From positions 62,001 through 95,000 of the forward strand of contig MU060486.1 of the NCBI GenBank assembly GCA_013265495.1: DNA of 33,000 nt, in the 5' to 3' direction. This DNA comes from Vicugna vicugna (lineage: Eukaryota). The notes under the pieces were generated by a model. It saw only the letters and a program-made list of their open reading frames with translations. It was not told the DNA's origin and did no database searches. The position numbers and the translations under genes were made by a program. Positions 32,601 to 33,000 of the stretch are shown here, piece by piece. Position 1 is the first letter of the stretch; each line of letters opens with the position of its first letter.

Positions 32601-33000
32601 CGGGCACCTCCGGACACGCTGAGACAAGCCAGATGCTGTTTCTAGCCTTGCAAGGAATTCCTTCTGTGAATAGCAGTGGGTTGCGAGTCACAAAAAGCCA
32701 CAGAGGAAGCTGGGACCGGGGGACTTTGCAGCTGGGCCTGGGAGTGCGCAGTGGGGTTCTGCAGGTGGAAAGGGACGGTCGCCTTCAGAGTAGACAGAAC
32801 AACACTACACGCTGCGGGGGCGGGGGAGCCACACACAGCATGAACAACTGACTGTAAAGAGCAGAACGTGATCAGTGTCACGTGAGTGCTTCTGACAGTG
32901 AACGCCAGACAAGTCAGAGAAAGAGGTCTGCTGGGATCTGAGCGGTCAGGTAAGGGTTCTTACGAGACCCTGCACAAAGAGGTGGCTTTCCTGCGGTGAG

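Noticed and set aside
1-33000. CRISPR array, operon, phage or other prokaryotic system
   Set aside because: There are no regularly spaced direct repeats with unique spacers and no gene-dense coding structure. Mammalian SINE/LINE fossils show the DNA is eutherian.

Overview
This is GC-rich mammalian genomic DNA (roughly 55-60% GC, estimated by eye), not microbial. A young tRNA-Ala(AGC)-derived SINE at 9178-9276 resembles the camelid Vic-1 family, so the source is probably a camel, alpaca or llama (inference). I recognise no protein-coding gene, functional tRNA, rRNA, miRNA or CRISPR array. The supplied ORFs read like chance ORFs of GC-rich DNA, and several run through repeat fossils. The window looks intronic or intergenic. 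It is littered with old repeats (MIR/MIR3, L2, an old L1M, a MER5-like hAT, an MLT2 LTR and a Tigger13a-like DNA transposon) and carries several AT-richer islands dense in transcription-factor motifs that may be enhancers. The best leads are a possible spliced + strand unit at 22.6-23.4 kb with a textbook branch point and continuous reading frame, a GATA/M-box/MEIS-HOX cluster at 17.0-17.15 kb, a perfect EBF palindrome at 17760-17775 and a degenerate AP-1 minisatellite at 3.06-3.19 kb. I found no convincing new biological system. Repeat-family names come from recalled consensus sequences rather than a search, and repeat boundaries are approximate.
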